Shown here: positions 9,951-18,348 of the stretch, piece by piece
How the letters are laid out: every line of letters starts with the position of its first letter
Numbering within the stretch: position 1 is the first letter of the stretch
Origin: Casimicrobiaceae bacterium
GTDB lineage: Bacteria; Pseudomonadota; Gammaproteobacteria; Burkholderiales; Casimicrobiaceae
DNA: 64,000 bases
Direction: 5' to 3'
Assembly: GCA_041911995.1 (NCBI GenBank)
Contig: JAYRNW010000216.1
Coordinates: 261-64,260 of the forward strand
Translations under genes and position numbers: made by a program
The notes under the pieces: generated by a model
Seen by the model: only the letters and a program-made list of their open reading frames with translations
The model's database searches: none
Told to the model about the DNA's origin: nothing

Positions 9951-10217
9951 ATGAAGGTGACCGTCCCCGACAGCGTGCTTTCCACCGAGCTTCAGGACGA
10001 GGGCGTGCTGCTCAACCTGGAGACCGGCGAGTATTTCGGCCTGGACGAGGTCGGCCTCGACATGTGGAAGTCGCTGGCGGCGGCCGGAACCGTGGCCGAA
10101 GCCCAAGCCGCGCTCCTCGCGCAGTACGACGTGGCCGAAGACGTCCTCGCCCGCGACCTCGAGGCGTTCGTCGCGAGACTCGTCGAACGCGGGCTCGTGC
10201 GGAGGGTCGATGACTAG
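9951..10217 (+). CDS. PqqD-family RiPP recognition element (lasso B1)
   Basis: MKVTVPDSVLSTELQDEGVLLNLETGEYFGLDEVG..MW..L..QYDVAEDVLARDL, the classic RRE pattern; overlaps the B2 gene. Confidence 0.92.
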   Translation: MKVTVPDSVLSTELQDEGVLLNLETGEYFGLDEVGLDMWKSLAAAGTVAEAQAALLAQYDVAEDVLARDLEAFVARLVERGLVRRVDD

Positions 10218-10722
10218 CGCCCGCTGGGGCGCCCCGAGGGCGCCCCTCCATAGCTTGCGCCGCTTCCGCGCGCTTCCGTCGCACGAACGGCGGCTGCTGG
10301 TGCGAGCAATGTTCCTGCTGGTGTTGGCCAGGGTGCGGCTGCCGTCGCTCGCCTTTCGTGCCGAGCGGACTGGCGGCGGCCGCGAACCGGCGTCTTCCGC
10401 CGACGGGCGGGGACTGGCGCACGGCCAAGTCGCGGCCCGCCTGCTGGCCATTGCGGCGTCCCGCCTGCCGTTGCACACGACGTGCCTGCATCGTTCGGTC
10501 GCGCTGTGGTGGCTGCTGCGCCGCGACGGCGTGCCGTGCGCGCTGCGCCTCGGAGCCCGCGCGGGCGGCGGAGCGTTCGCGGCGCATGCGTGGGTGGAAT
10601 GCGGCGGTGTGGCGCTCGGCGAGGCGCCCGGGCACGAACGGCGCTACCACCCGTTCGCCGGCAGCGTGTGCCCCGCGCGCGGCGAAGCGTTCGCGACGGG
10701 AAGCGAACAGGCGCTGCGATGA
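10210..10722 (+). CDS. Lasso peptide leader peptidase B2 (transglutaminase-like)
   Basis: TCLHRSVALWWLL..G....LRLGAR...FAAHAWVE: catalytic Cys and His motifs. Confidence 0.92.
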   Translation: MTSARWGAPRAPLHSLRRFRALPSHERRLLVRAMFLLVLARVRLPSLAFRAERTGGGREPASSADGRGLAHGQVAARLLAIAASRLPLHTTCLHRSVALWWLLRRDGVPCALRLGARAGGGAFAAHAWVECGGVALGEAPGHERRYHPFAGSVCPARGEAFATGSEQALR

Positions 10723-12599
10723 GCGGGATCGCCGGTATCGTCCACTTCGACGGCGCGCCGGTGACTCCCGGAGAGGTCGAGCGGATGACCCGCGTGATGG
10801 CGTATCGCGGACCGGACGGGATCGCGCACTGGAAGCGCGGTCCTGTCGCGCTCGGCCAGTGCATGCTGCGCACGACGCCGGAATCGCTGGAGGAGCGGCA
10901 GCCGCTGTCAAACGAGGACGCATCCGTCGTGCTCGTGATGGACGGACGCGTCGACAACTGGGAGGAGTTGCGGCGCGAATTGCTGACGCGTGGCGCGGCG
11001 CTACGCGACCGCTCGGACGCGGAGCTGGTGCTGCGCGCGTACGAGGCGTGGGGGCGCGAATGCCTGGCCCGCATCGACGGCGACTTCGCGCTCGTGATCT
11101 GGGACGCGCGGCGCCGGGAGGCCTTTTGCGCACGCGACCGGATCGGCAACAAGCCTTTCCACTATTGGTGGGACGGCAAGACCTTCGCGTTCGCATCGGA
11201 CGCGCACGCAATACTCGCGTTGCCGTGGGTGCGCGAAGAGCTGAACGAAGGCATGCTCGTCGAGTTCCTGGCAAACGAGTGGCATTCCCCCGACGAGACG
11301 TTCTGGCGTGGCGTGCTGCGGCTGCCGCGGGCGCAACGGATGACCGTGGACGTGCGCGGTCTGCACATCGATCGGTACTGGGAGCCGGACCTCAACGCAG
11401 CGTTGGCATGCACCGATGAACAAGAGGTCGCCCGACAGTACCGGTCGCTTCTCGTGGAAGCCGTGCGCAGAATGACCCGGTCGTCGCGTGCGGTGGCATG
11501 CGAGGTAAGCGGTGGCCTCGATTCTTCGGCAATCCTATCAGTGGCCGAACATCTGCGGCGCGAACACAGGATGCTTGCACCGGCGCTCCACGCCTACACG
11601 CTGGCGTTCGGCGACGGATCGGCGGCCGACGAACTGGCATATGCGCGGGCCGTCGGCGATCATCTCGACCTCCGGGTCCGTGAGGTTGCGCCAACCAGAA
11701 AGCCGCTGTCGTGGTATCGCGAAACTGCAGAGCGACTGCGCGTGTTTCCCGCGTATCCGAACGGGGTGATGGGACTTGGCATCCGTGAAGAAGCTGCCTC
11801 GCGTGGCAGCCGCGCGCTGCTGGTCGGCGTGGGCGGCGACGAGTGGTTGTCCGGGAGCCGCTGCTATTATGCCGACACGATCGCAGCGCGCGATTGGAAA
11901 ATGGTCCGACGATGCCTGCAAGCGGATCGTCGCGATTTCGGACTCTGGCGCAGCACGTGGTGGATCTTCAGGTGTGGGTGGATTCCGCAGCTGCCACGCG
12001 GCGTCCTGGACATGCTGCGCCGTCCGCGCGACGTCGTCCGGGATGTACGGCAGGACCGCAACACGTGGCTGACGCCTGCGATGCTGAAACAGCTTCGCGA
12101 CCGCCGAGCCCGGCATCGCCGCACCGGCGATTCCGGAACGTCCAGTTTCGCGCAATGGCGGCAGCTGCAATCGCTTGAGAGCCCATACCTCGCCCACGCT
12201 CGCGAAATGGAGGAACGGCTCGCCGCGCTTTCCGACATCGAGCTGCGCCGCCCGTTCCTGGACCAGGGTCTCGTCAGGTTCGCGCTGGCGGTGCCCGAGT
12301 GGCTGAGGCTGCGGGGCCGCACCGACAAGTACCTGCACCGAATGTCCATGCGCGGATACCTTCCGGAGACGGTACGGGCGCGGGAGACCAAGGCGGAATT
12401 CGTGATAACGTTTCTCTGGCACCTGCCCGAATTGGAAGCAGCGTTCCTGAGCGGCGCAGTCCGTGCACGTACTTCGTGGGTGACCAGCGAACGCGTGACA
12501 CAGATGAGCGAGCGGATGGCCAGCGCGAAGCTCTCCGGCGCGCCGGAGTGGAAGCTCTGGTCACTGTTCGGATGTGACGCACTGGTTGCGCGCCATTGA
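10719..12599 (+). CDS. Lasso cyclase (asparagine synthetase-like, C protein)
   Basis: Starts MSGIAG (Ser where Gln-hydrolysing AsnB has the catalytic Cys); SGGLDSS PP-loop, GVGGDE, RRPFLD; ATGA overlap with B2. Confidence 0.9.
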   Translation: MSGIAGIVHFDGAPVTPGEVERMTRVMAYRGPDGIAHWKRGPVALGQCMLRTTPESLEERQPLSNEDASVVLVMDGRVDNWEELRRELLTRGAALRDRSDAELVLRAYEAWGRECLARIDGDFALVIWDARRREAFCARDRIGNKPFHYWWDGKTFAFASDAHAILALPWVREELNEGMLVEFLANEWHSPDETFWRGVLRLPRAQRMTVDVRGLHIDRYWEPDLNAALACTDEQEVARQYRSLLVEAVRRMTRSSRAVACEVSGGLDSSAILSVAEHLRREHRMLAPALHAYTLAFGDGSAADELAYARAVGDHLDLRVREVAPTRKPLSWYRETAERLRVFPAYPNGVMGLGIREEAASRGSRALLVGVGGDEWLSGSRCYYADTIAARDWKMVRRCLQADRRDFGLWRSTWWIFRCGWIPQLPRGVLDMLRRPRDVVRDVRQDRNTWLTPAMLKQLRDRRARHRRTGDSGTSSFAQWRQLQSLESPYLAHAREMEERLAALSDIELRRPFLDQGLVRFALAVPEWLRLRGRTDKYLHRMSMRGYLPETVRARETKAEFVITFLWHLPELEAAFLSGAVRARTSWVTSERVTQMSERMASAKLSGAPEWKLWSLFGCDALVARH

Positions 12600-12657
12600 C
12601 GTTGATCGCCCCCGCCTTCGGAGTCCGGATGGAGGATGTTTTACGGAGACTGCCCGT

Positions 12658-12825
12658 ATGGATGACAAAGTGCGCGAAGCTACTCCGCGCGACGCCCAAC
12701 CGCAACCGGTGAGAAGGCACTACACAAGCCCGAAGCTGCAGGATTTCGGCAGGCTGCACCTGATGACGGGAGGAGCTTCCGTGACCGGAATGGCCGATGG
12801 TTCGTCGGGAATGGCCATGCAGTGA
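12658..12825 (+). CDS. Lasso peptide precursor (55 aa); predicted core GASVTGMADGSSGMAMQ
   Basis: Leader YTSPKLQDFGRLHLMTG fits YxxPxLxxxGxxxxxT(-2); core Gly1 with Asp9 acceptor; GGAG RBS; directly follows the cyclase. Confidence 0.88.
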   Translation: MDDKVREATPRDAQPQPVRRHYTSPKLQDFGRLHLMTGGASVTGMADGSSGMAMQ

Positions 12826-12949
12826 CGCATCGCTGCCCGGCCCGCGCTCACGACTCCGAAATCGACCAACTACTCGCGATGCGCAGTTCCGAAGTCTACG
12901 GATCGCCGGCGAGCCTCTCTGAATTCATCGAAAGTCCGGCAGGTTTCTT

Positions 12950-14068
12950 GTGCTTGATGAGCACCTCGGCTACGTCGCCGACCGCGTCAGGCTCGAGCAC
13001 TTCAAGGCCGCAATCGCGCGAACGCTTAACCCTGGCGATCGCGTCGTGGACGTCGGGACCGGCTCCGGGATCCTGGCGCTACTATGCCTGCAGGCCGGCG
13101 CGGCGCGGGTTGTCCTGATCGATTCCACGGCCATGCTCGACGTGGCACGCGATACCCTCGCACGCACGGGAATGGCCGATCGCTGCGAGTTCATTCGCGC
13201 ATCTTCGTATCGGACAACACTCGACGCGCCGGCCGATGTCGTGATCTGTGACCACGTTGGCCACTTCGGATTCGACTACGACATCGCGCAAACGATCAGG
13301 GACGCTCGACGACGATTCCTGGCGCCCGGGGGTCGCGTGATTCCGCAGCGGCTCCGTCTGGAAGTCGGCGCCGTCGAATCGGCGGCCGCTCGGACGAAAG
13401 TGGACGGGTGGCGCGACGATCGCGTTCCCGGCGAATTCCACTGGCTGGTACAACGTGCCGCCAACCGCAAGCACGCGATCAGATTCTCTCCGGAATCGCT
13501 TCTTGGCGGACCAGCCGAACTCGGCACGATTCACCTCCGGATTGATTCTGCGGAGTACTTCCGCTGGACGGCAGAGCTGCGCATCGAGCGAGATGGCGTC
13601 ATGCACGGTCTCGCCGGCTGGTTCGAATGCGAACTCGCGGACGGCGTTTGGATGACCAATTCGCCGCTCGAGGATCGCGCGATCGACCGCTCGCAGGCGT
13701 TCCTGCCGATCGACGAATCGGTCCCCGTGCGCGCGGGCGACGCGGTCAAGGTCACCGTGATGGCGCGACCCGAGGACAATCTGATCGCGTGGATCGTCGA
13801 ACTGCCTGCGGCGGGTCGGCGCTTCAGCCACTCGACCTGGCAGGGGTCGCTGCTGGCCCGGGATGGACTCCTGCGCGCGCAACCAGATCGCGTGCCGAGA
13901 TTGAGCCGGGAAGGCGCGGCGCGCGCAATCGTTCTCGGCTACTGCGACGGCCGGCGCTCCGTGCGCGAGATCGAACAGGCCGTGTTGATGGACCATCCGG
14001 ACCTGTTCCCGTCGCGCGGGGAGATCGCGCGGTTCGTGGCCCAGGTGCTGGGCCGGGATACCAACTGA
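12950..14068 (+). CDS. PRMT-like class I SAM methyltransferase with a C-terminal PqqD/wHTH-like extension
   Basis: EHLGYVADRVRLEHFKAAI, VVDVGTGSGIL, G.VIP, HGLAGWFE..L..GVWMTNSP (PRMT-like barrel); tail LGYCDGRRSVREI. Confidence 0.8.
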   Translation: MLDEHLGYVADRVRLEHFKAAIARTLNPGDRVVDVGTGSGILALLCLQAGAARVVLIDSTAMLDVARDTLARTGMADRCEFIRASSYRTTLDAPADVVICDHVGHFGFDYDIAQTIRDARRRFLAPGGRVIPQRLRLEVGAVESAAARTKVDGWRDDRVPGEFHWLVQRAANRKHAIRFSPESLLGGPAELGTIHLRIDSAEYFRWTAELRIERDGVMHGLAGWFECELADGVWMTNSPLEDRAIDRSQAFLPIDESVPVRAGDAVKVTVMARPEDNLIAWIVELPAAGRRFSHSTWQGSLLARDGLLRAQPDRVPRLSREGAARAIVLGYCDGRRSVREIEQAVLMDHPDLFPSRGEIARFVAQVLGRDTN

Positions 14069-14931
14069 TGGCCGCATTCCACGTCGCGCCGCATCGTCCG
14101 CAAGCGACGGTATCGATCCCGCCCTTCCATACCTGGTCTTTCGCCGACGGAACGACGTGGACGCAGTTCTACCGCGCCGATGGCGGGTACTTGGTGCGCT
14201 TTCCCCGGCTCGCGGACTTCGAAGTTTCCGCGGACGCAGACGGCGTCACGTGCTTCCCCACACCCGAAGCGTCCGAAGCCACGGTAGAGCATCTCTTTCT
14301 CAACCAGGTCCTGCCGCTGATCGAGAGCAGACGCGGCAAGCTCGTGTTCCATGCGAGCGCGGTCGAGGTCGGCGCCGTGGCCATCGCGTTCGTCGCCGAA
14401 TCCGGCCGCGGCAAGTCCACGCTGGCGGCTGCCTTCGCCGCCGCTGGCTACCGGCTGTTGACGGACGACGGCTTGGTCGTGGAAACGGGCGAGCACGGAT
14501 TCGAGATCCTTCCCAGTCATCCTTCCATCCGGTTGTGGGACGACAGCCGCGAGGCGCTGCTACCTCCAAGCGTCGCCCAAGCGCCGGCACTGGACTTCAC
14601 GACCAAGGCGAGGGTTCTCGCCGGTGACAGCCTTCCATTCTGCGCGGCGGCGCGACCATTGCTGCATGCGTATTTCCTCGGCGACGGCAGTGCCGATCGC
14701 ATCACGATCGCGCCCATGCATCAGGTTGACGCACTCGTGGCGTGGATCGGCCACTCCTTCCTGCTCGACATCGAGGAGAAGACCCGGCTGGCCTCCCATT
14801 TCACTCAAGTCGCCGTGCTGGCGAAGCAAGCGATCCATTACCGGCTGGACTATCCCAGGAAGTTCGATCATTTGGCGGAGCTCCGTCAGACCATCCTGGA
14901 GCACGCGTGCCATGCAACCGATGCCGTGTGA
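14068..14931 (+). CDS. HPr kinase-like peptide kinase
   Basis: FHASAVE, Walker A ESGRGKST, LLTDD; TGATG coupling to the methyltransferase. Confidence 0.85.
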   Translation: MAAFHVAPHRPQATVSIPPFHTWSFADGTTWTQFYRADGGYLVRFPRLADFEVSADADGVTCFPTPEASEATVEHLFLNQVLPLIESRRGKLVFHASAVEVGAVAIAFVAESGRGKSTLAAAFAAAGYRLLTDDGLVVETGEHGFEILPSHPSIRLWDDSREALLPPSVAQAPALDFTTKARVLAGDSLPFCAAARPLLHAYFLGDGSADRITIAPMHQVDALVAWIGHSFLLDIEEKTRLASHFTQVAVLAKQAIHYRLDYPRKFDHLAELRQTILEHACHATDAV

Positions 14932-15034
14932 CCTGCGCGAGCGGTTCCCCGATGCGGCGGGCCGCGCGCTTCCCGTGCTGCACGCGAGGCGGTGGCTCGC
15001 CGCCTTCGCCCGCGGCGCGCCACGCGCCAGGTGA
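14930..15034 (+). pseudogene. Probable C-terminal relic of a nucleotidyltransferase-family gene
   Basis: DLRERFPDAAGRALPVLHARRWLAAFARGAPRAR* resembles the C-terminus of the NTase at 56346-57443 (DYMHRKFRGRSPWLLPWWYVRRAVEG); its stop overlaps the ABC GTG. Confidence 0.4.
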
Positions 15035-16734
15035 CGGCAAGCTCCCCGTCGACGTGGCAGGCGCTGGCCGTCCCGGCCGCGCCGTACCGCGGGCCATTGC
15101 TGTGGGCCGCGGCGCTCATGCTGCTCGAGAGCGCATTGGCGCTCGGCGTGCCGTGGCTCGGCGGACGCCTCGCGGGGATGCTGCTGCCGGGCGGCGCGCA
15201 CGGGTCGGCCGGCGTGGCGACGATCCTCATGGCGCTCCTCGCGGTGTTCGCGGCGCAGGCGCTGCTGCGCTTCGGCCATGCGTTCCTGCTTGGCGACGCC
15301 GCCGAGCGGATGGTTCGCGACCTCAAGGTCCGGCTGTACGACCACCTGCAGGCGCTCCCGCTCGCGTACTTCCACGCGCGTCGGCACGGCGAGACGCTGG
15401 CGCTGCTCACGCGCGACGTCCACGTCGTCTCCGGCTATGCGACCGGAACGCTGGTGCCGCTCGCGCCGCTGCTGTTCACCGTCGCCGGGTCGCTGCTGCT
15501 GATGTTCCGGCTGCAGCCGTGGCTCGCGCTCGCGGCGGCCGTGGCGATTCCGCTCTTCTACCTCGCGCTCAAGGTCGTCGGCCGCCGGCTGCGCCCGCTC
15601 GCCGCGGCGCTGCAGGACGAGCACGCGACCGCGATCGCGATCGCCGAGGAGAACTTGGGCATGCTGCCCGCCATCAAGTCGTTCACCCGCGAGCGCGTCG
15701 AGTCGTCGCGGTTCCGGCAGCAGGTCGACCGTGTGCTGCAGCTCACGCGCCGGCAGCTCGCCATGCACGCGGCGCTCGGCCCCGTCGTGCAGTTCGTCGC
15801 CGCGCTCGGCGTCGTGGCGTTGCTCGCGCTCGCGAGCCGGGAGCTCGCCGACGGCCGGATGACGCCGCCCGAGCTCGTCGCCTTCCTGCTCTACGCGATG
15901 CTGCTCGCGCGGCCGGTCGCCGGGCTGGCCGACGTCTACGGGCAGACGCAGACGGCGCGCGGCGCGCTCGCGCGGCTCCTGCAGGCGCTGGACGCGCCGC
16001 CCGAGCCGGCGGCCACCACCGGTGTCGCGCTGCCGCCGGTGCGCGGCGCGATCGCGTTCGAGCACGTGTCGTTCGCCTATCCGGGAAGGCCGCCGGCGCT
16101 GCGCGACGTCGACCTGCACGTGCGGCCGGGCGAGACGGTGGCGATCGTCGGGCCCAACGGTGCGGGCAAGAGCACGCTCGCCCACCTGCTGGTCCGCCTG
16201 CACGAGCGCACCGGAGGGCGCATCGCGATCGACGGGGTCGACGTCGCGACGGTGTCGCTCGAGAGCCTGCGGCGCGTCGTCGGCGTCGTCCCGCAGCACG
16301 TGCTGCTGTTCAACGCGACGGTCCGCGACAACATCGCGTACGGCCGCGCCGAAGCGACGCAGCCGGCGATCGAGGCGGCGGCGCGCCTCGCCCGCGCGCA
16401 CGATTTCGTCGTCGCCCTGCCGCACGGCTACGACACCGTCGTCGGCGACCGGGGCGTGCGCCTGTCGGGCGGGCAGCAGCAGCGGCTCGCGCTCGCACGG
16501 GCGCTGCTCAAGGACCCGCCGATCCTGATCCTCGACGAGGCGACCGCGATGTTCGATCCGCAGGGGGAGCGCGAATTCCTCGAAGCGTCGCGCGACGCGC
16601 TGCGCGGACGTACCGTGCTGCTGATCACGCACCGGGCGGCCAGCCTCGCAGTGGCAGACCGCATCGTGCGGATGGAGGACGGACACGTGGTCGACGACGG
16701 CGCGGCGGCGGCGCGTCCGCCGGTGTCGGTGTAG
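15031..16734 (+). CDS. ABC exporter, fused permease/ATPase (lasso D-like)
   Basis: TM domain followed by GPNGAGKST, LSGGQQQR, ILDEAT; start GTG 15031 (alternative 14992). Confidence 0.92.
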   Translation: MTASSPSTWQALAVPAAPYRGPLLWAAALMLLESALALGVPWLGGRLAGMLLPGGAHGSAGVATILMALLAVFAAQALLRFGHAFLLGDAAERMVRDLKVRLYDHLQALPLAYFHARRHGETLALLTRDVHVVSGYATGTLVPLAPLLFTVAGSLLLMFRLQPWLALAAAVAIPLFYLALKVVGRRLRPLAAALQDEHATAIAIAEENLGMLPAIKSFTRERVESSRFRQQVDRVLQLTRRQLAMHAALGPVVQFVAALGVVALLALASRELADGRMTPPELVAFLLYAMLLARPVAGLADVYGQTQTARGALARLLQALDAPPEPAATTGVALPPVRGAIAFEHVSFAYPGRPPALRDVDLHVRPGETVAIVGPNGAGKSTLAHLLVRLHERTGGRIAIDGVDVATVSLESLRRVVGVVPQHVLLFNATVRDNIAYGRAEATQPAIEAAARLARAHDFVVALPHGYDTVVGDRGVRLSGGQQQRLALARALLKDPPILILDEATAMFDPQGEREFLEASRDALRGRTVLLITHRAASLAVADRIVRMEDGHVVDDGAAAARPPVSV

Positions 16735-16750
16735 CGGCCGGGACGCGCGG

Positions 16751-17350
16751 CTACTTCTTCACGAAGTAGTAGCCGAGCTTGATGAACTCCATGATCACGA
16801 AGCCGCCCGACCGCTCTTCGCGCCACCAATCGGCGGGCGCCCACCAGTCCGGCTTCGACGCGACCAGCACGTAGTCGAGGCTCGAGCCGTCGAACACGCG
16901 GGCCCACGTCCACGCGAGCCGGCGCATGTGCGGCGGATCGCTGATCACGATCACGGAGCGCCAGCCCTGCGCGCGCATCAGAGCGAGGATGTTGACGGCC
17001 TCGGTGTAGCTGTTGCGCGAGTCGACCTCGAACCGGAGTGCGGAGCGCGGCACGCCGCGCGCTTCCAGGAAGCCCGCGCGCCACGTGAGCGCGGCCGGCG
17101 GCGCGGCGTCACCGTACTCCAGGCCGGTAAGAACGACCACCGGCGCGAAGCCGGCGCGATAGAGCTCCGCCGCGCGCAGCGCGCGGTCGCCCTCGTCGCC
17201 GCCGAGCACGACGATCGCGTCGGCGCGGCGCGGCGTCTGCGCGGGTGCTTCGAGCCAGCGTCCGGCGCCGACCCATGCGTACGCGGCGGCGGCGGCGAGC
17301 GCCGCCGCGCCGAGCGCGAACCAGAGCAGGATTCGGGGGAGCCGACGCAT
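16751..17350 (-). CDS. YdcF/ElyC (DUF218) family protein
   Basis: N-terminal TM; ADAIVVLGG, SRNSYTEA, ISDPPHMRR, MEFIKL. Confidence 0.88.
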   Translation of the reverse strand: MRRLPRILLWFALGAAALAAAAAYAWVGAGRWLEAPAQTPRRADAIVVLGGDEGDRALRAAELYRAGFAPVVVLTGLEYGDAAPPAALTWRAGFLEARGVPRSALRFEVDSRNSYTEAVNILALMRAQGWRSVIVISDPPHMRRLAWTWARVFDGSSLDYVLVASKPDWWAPADWWREERSGGFVIMEFIKLGYYFVKK

Positions 17351-17375
17351 CGCCGAAACATTGTAAGATCGCACG

Positions 17376-18335
17376 ATGAATCCCGATTCGCGCATTTACG
17401 TTGCCGGCCACACGGGCCTCGCCGGGTCCGCATTGGTTCGCGCGCTGCGCGCGGCCGGCTACGCGAACCTCGTCGTGCGCACGCACGCGGAGCTCGAGCT
17501 CACCGACGCGCGCGCGACCGCGGAATTCTTCGCGGCGGAGCGGCCGGAGGTCGTGTTCCTCGCCGCCGGGCGCGTCGGCGGCATCCTCGCGAACAACACG
17601 TTTCCGGCCGAGTTCATCGAGGAGAACCTCGCCATCGAGATGAACGTGATCCGCGAGGCGTGGCGCGTCGGCGTGCGGCGGCTGCTGTTCCTCGGCTCGT
17701 CGTGCATCTACCCGCGCGACTGCCCGCAGCCGATCCGCGAGGAGTACCTGCTGACCGGCCCGCTCGAGCCGACGAACCGGCCGTACGCGGTCGCCAAGAT
17801 CGCCGGCATCGAGATGTGCTGGTCGCACAACCGGCAACACGGCACGCATTACTTTTGCGTGATGCCGACCAACCTGTACGGCCCCGGCGACAACTACGAT
17901 CCGCAGACGAGCCACGTGCTGCCGGCGCTGATCCACCGCTTCCACGTGGCGAAGGTGCGCGGCGAGCGCAGCGTCGCGCTGTGGGGCACCGGCGCGCCGC
18001 GCCGCGAGTTCCTCTACAGCGACGACATGGCGGCGGCGTGCGTGCACCTGATGCGCCTCGCGCCCGAGGCGCTGGCCGCGACCGGCGGCGCCGACACGCC
18101 GCCGATGGTCAACGTGGGCTGCGGCGAGGACCAGACGATCCGCGAGCTGGCCGAGCTCGTGCGCCGGGTCGTGGGGGCGGACGTGGCGATCGAGTGGGAC
18201 GCGTCGAAGCCGGACGGCACGCCGCGCAAGCAGCTCGACGTCGGCCGGCTGACCGCGCTGGGCTGGCGGCAAACGGTCGGGCTGGAAGAGGGCATCCGGC
18301 GCACGTACGCCGACTACGTCGCGACGCACGGCTGA
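17376..18335 (+). CDS. fcl: GDP-L-fucose synthase
   Basis: IYVAGHTGLAGSA, LGSSCIYP, YAVAKIAG, MPTNLYGPGDN, KPDGTPRK. Confidence 0.95.
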   Translation: MNPDSRIYVAGHTGLAGSALVRALRAAGYANLVVRTHAELELTDARATAEFFAAERPEVVFLAAGRVGGILANNTFPAEFIEENLAIEMNVIREAWRVGVRRLLFLGSSCIYPRDCPQPIREEYLLTGPLEPTNRPYAVAKIAGIEMCWSHNRQHGTHYFCVMPTNLYGPGDNYDPQTSHVLPALIHRFHVAKVRGERSVALWGTGAPRREFLYSDDMAAACVHLMRLAPEALAATGGADTPPMVNVGCGEDQTIRELAELVRRVVGADVAIEWDASKPDGTPRKQLDVGRLTALGWRQTVGLEEGIRRTYADYVATHG

Positions 18336-18348
18336 CGCCGTTGCGGCA

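Noticed and set aside
10719-12599. EPS-type asparagine synthetase/amidotransferase interpretation
   Set aside because: Lacks the N-terminal catalytic Cys and is flanked by B1, B2 and a precursor, so lasso cyclase fits better.
12822-13118. 98-aa ORF after the lasso precursor, as a second precursor or frameshifted methyltransferase start
   Set aside because: No YxxPxL/T(-2) leader, and it overlaps the methyltransferase out of frame.
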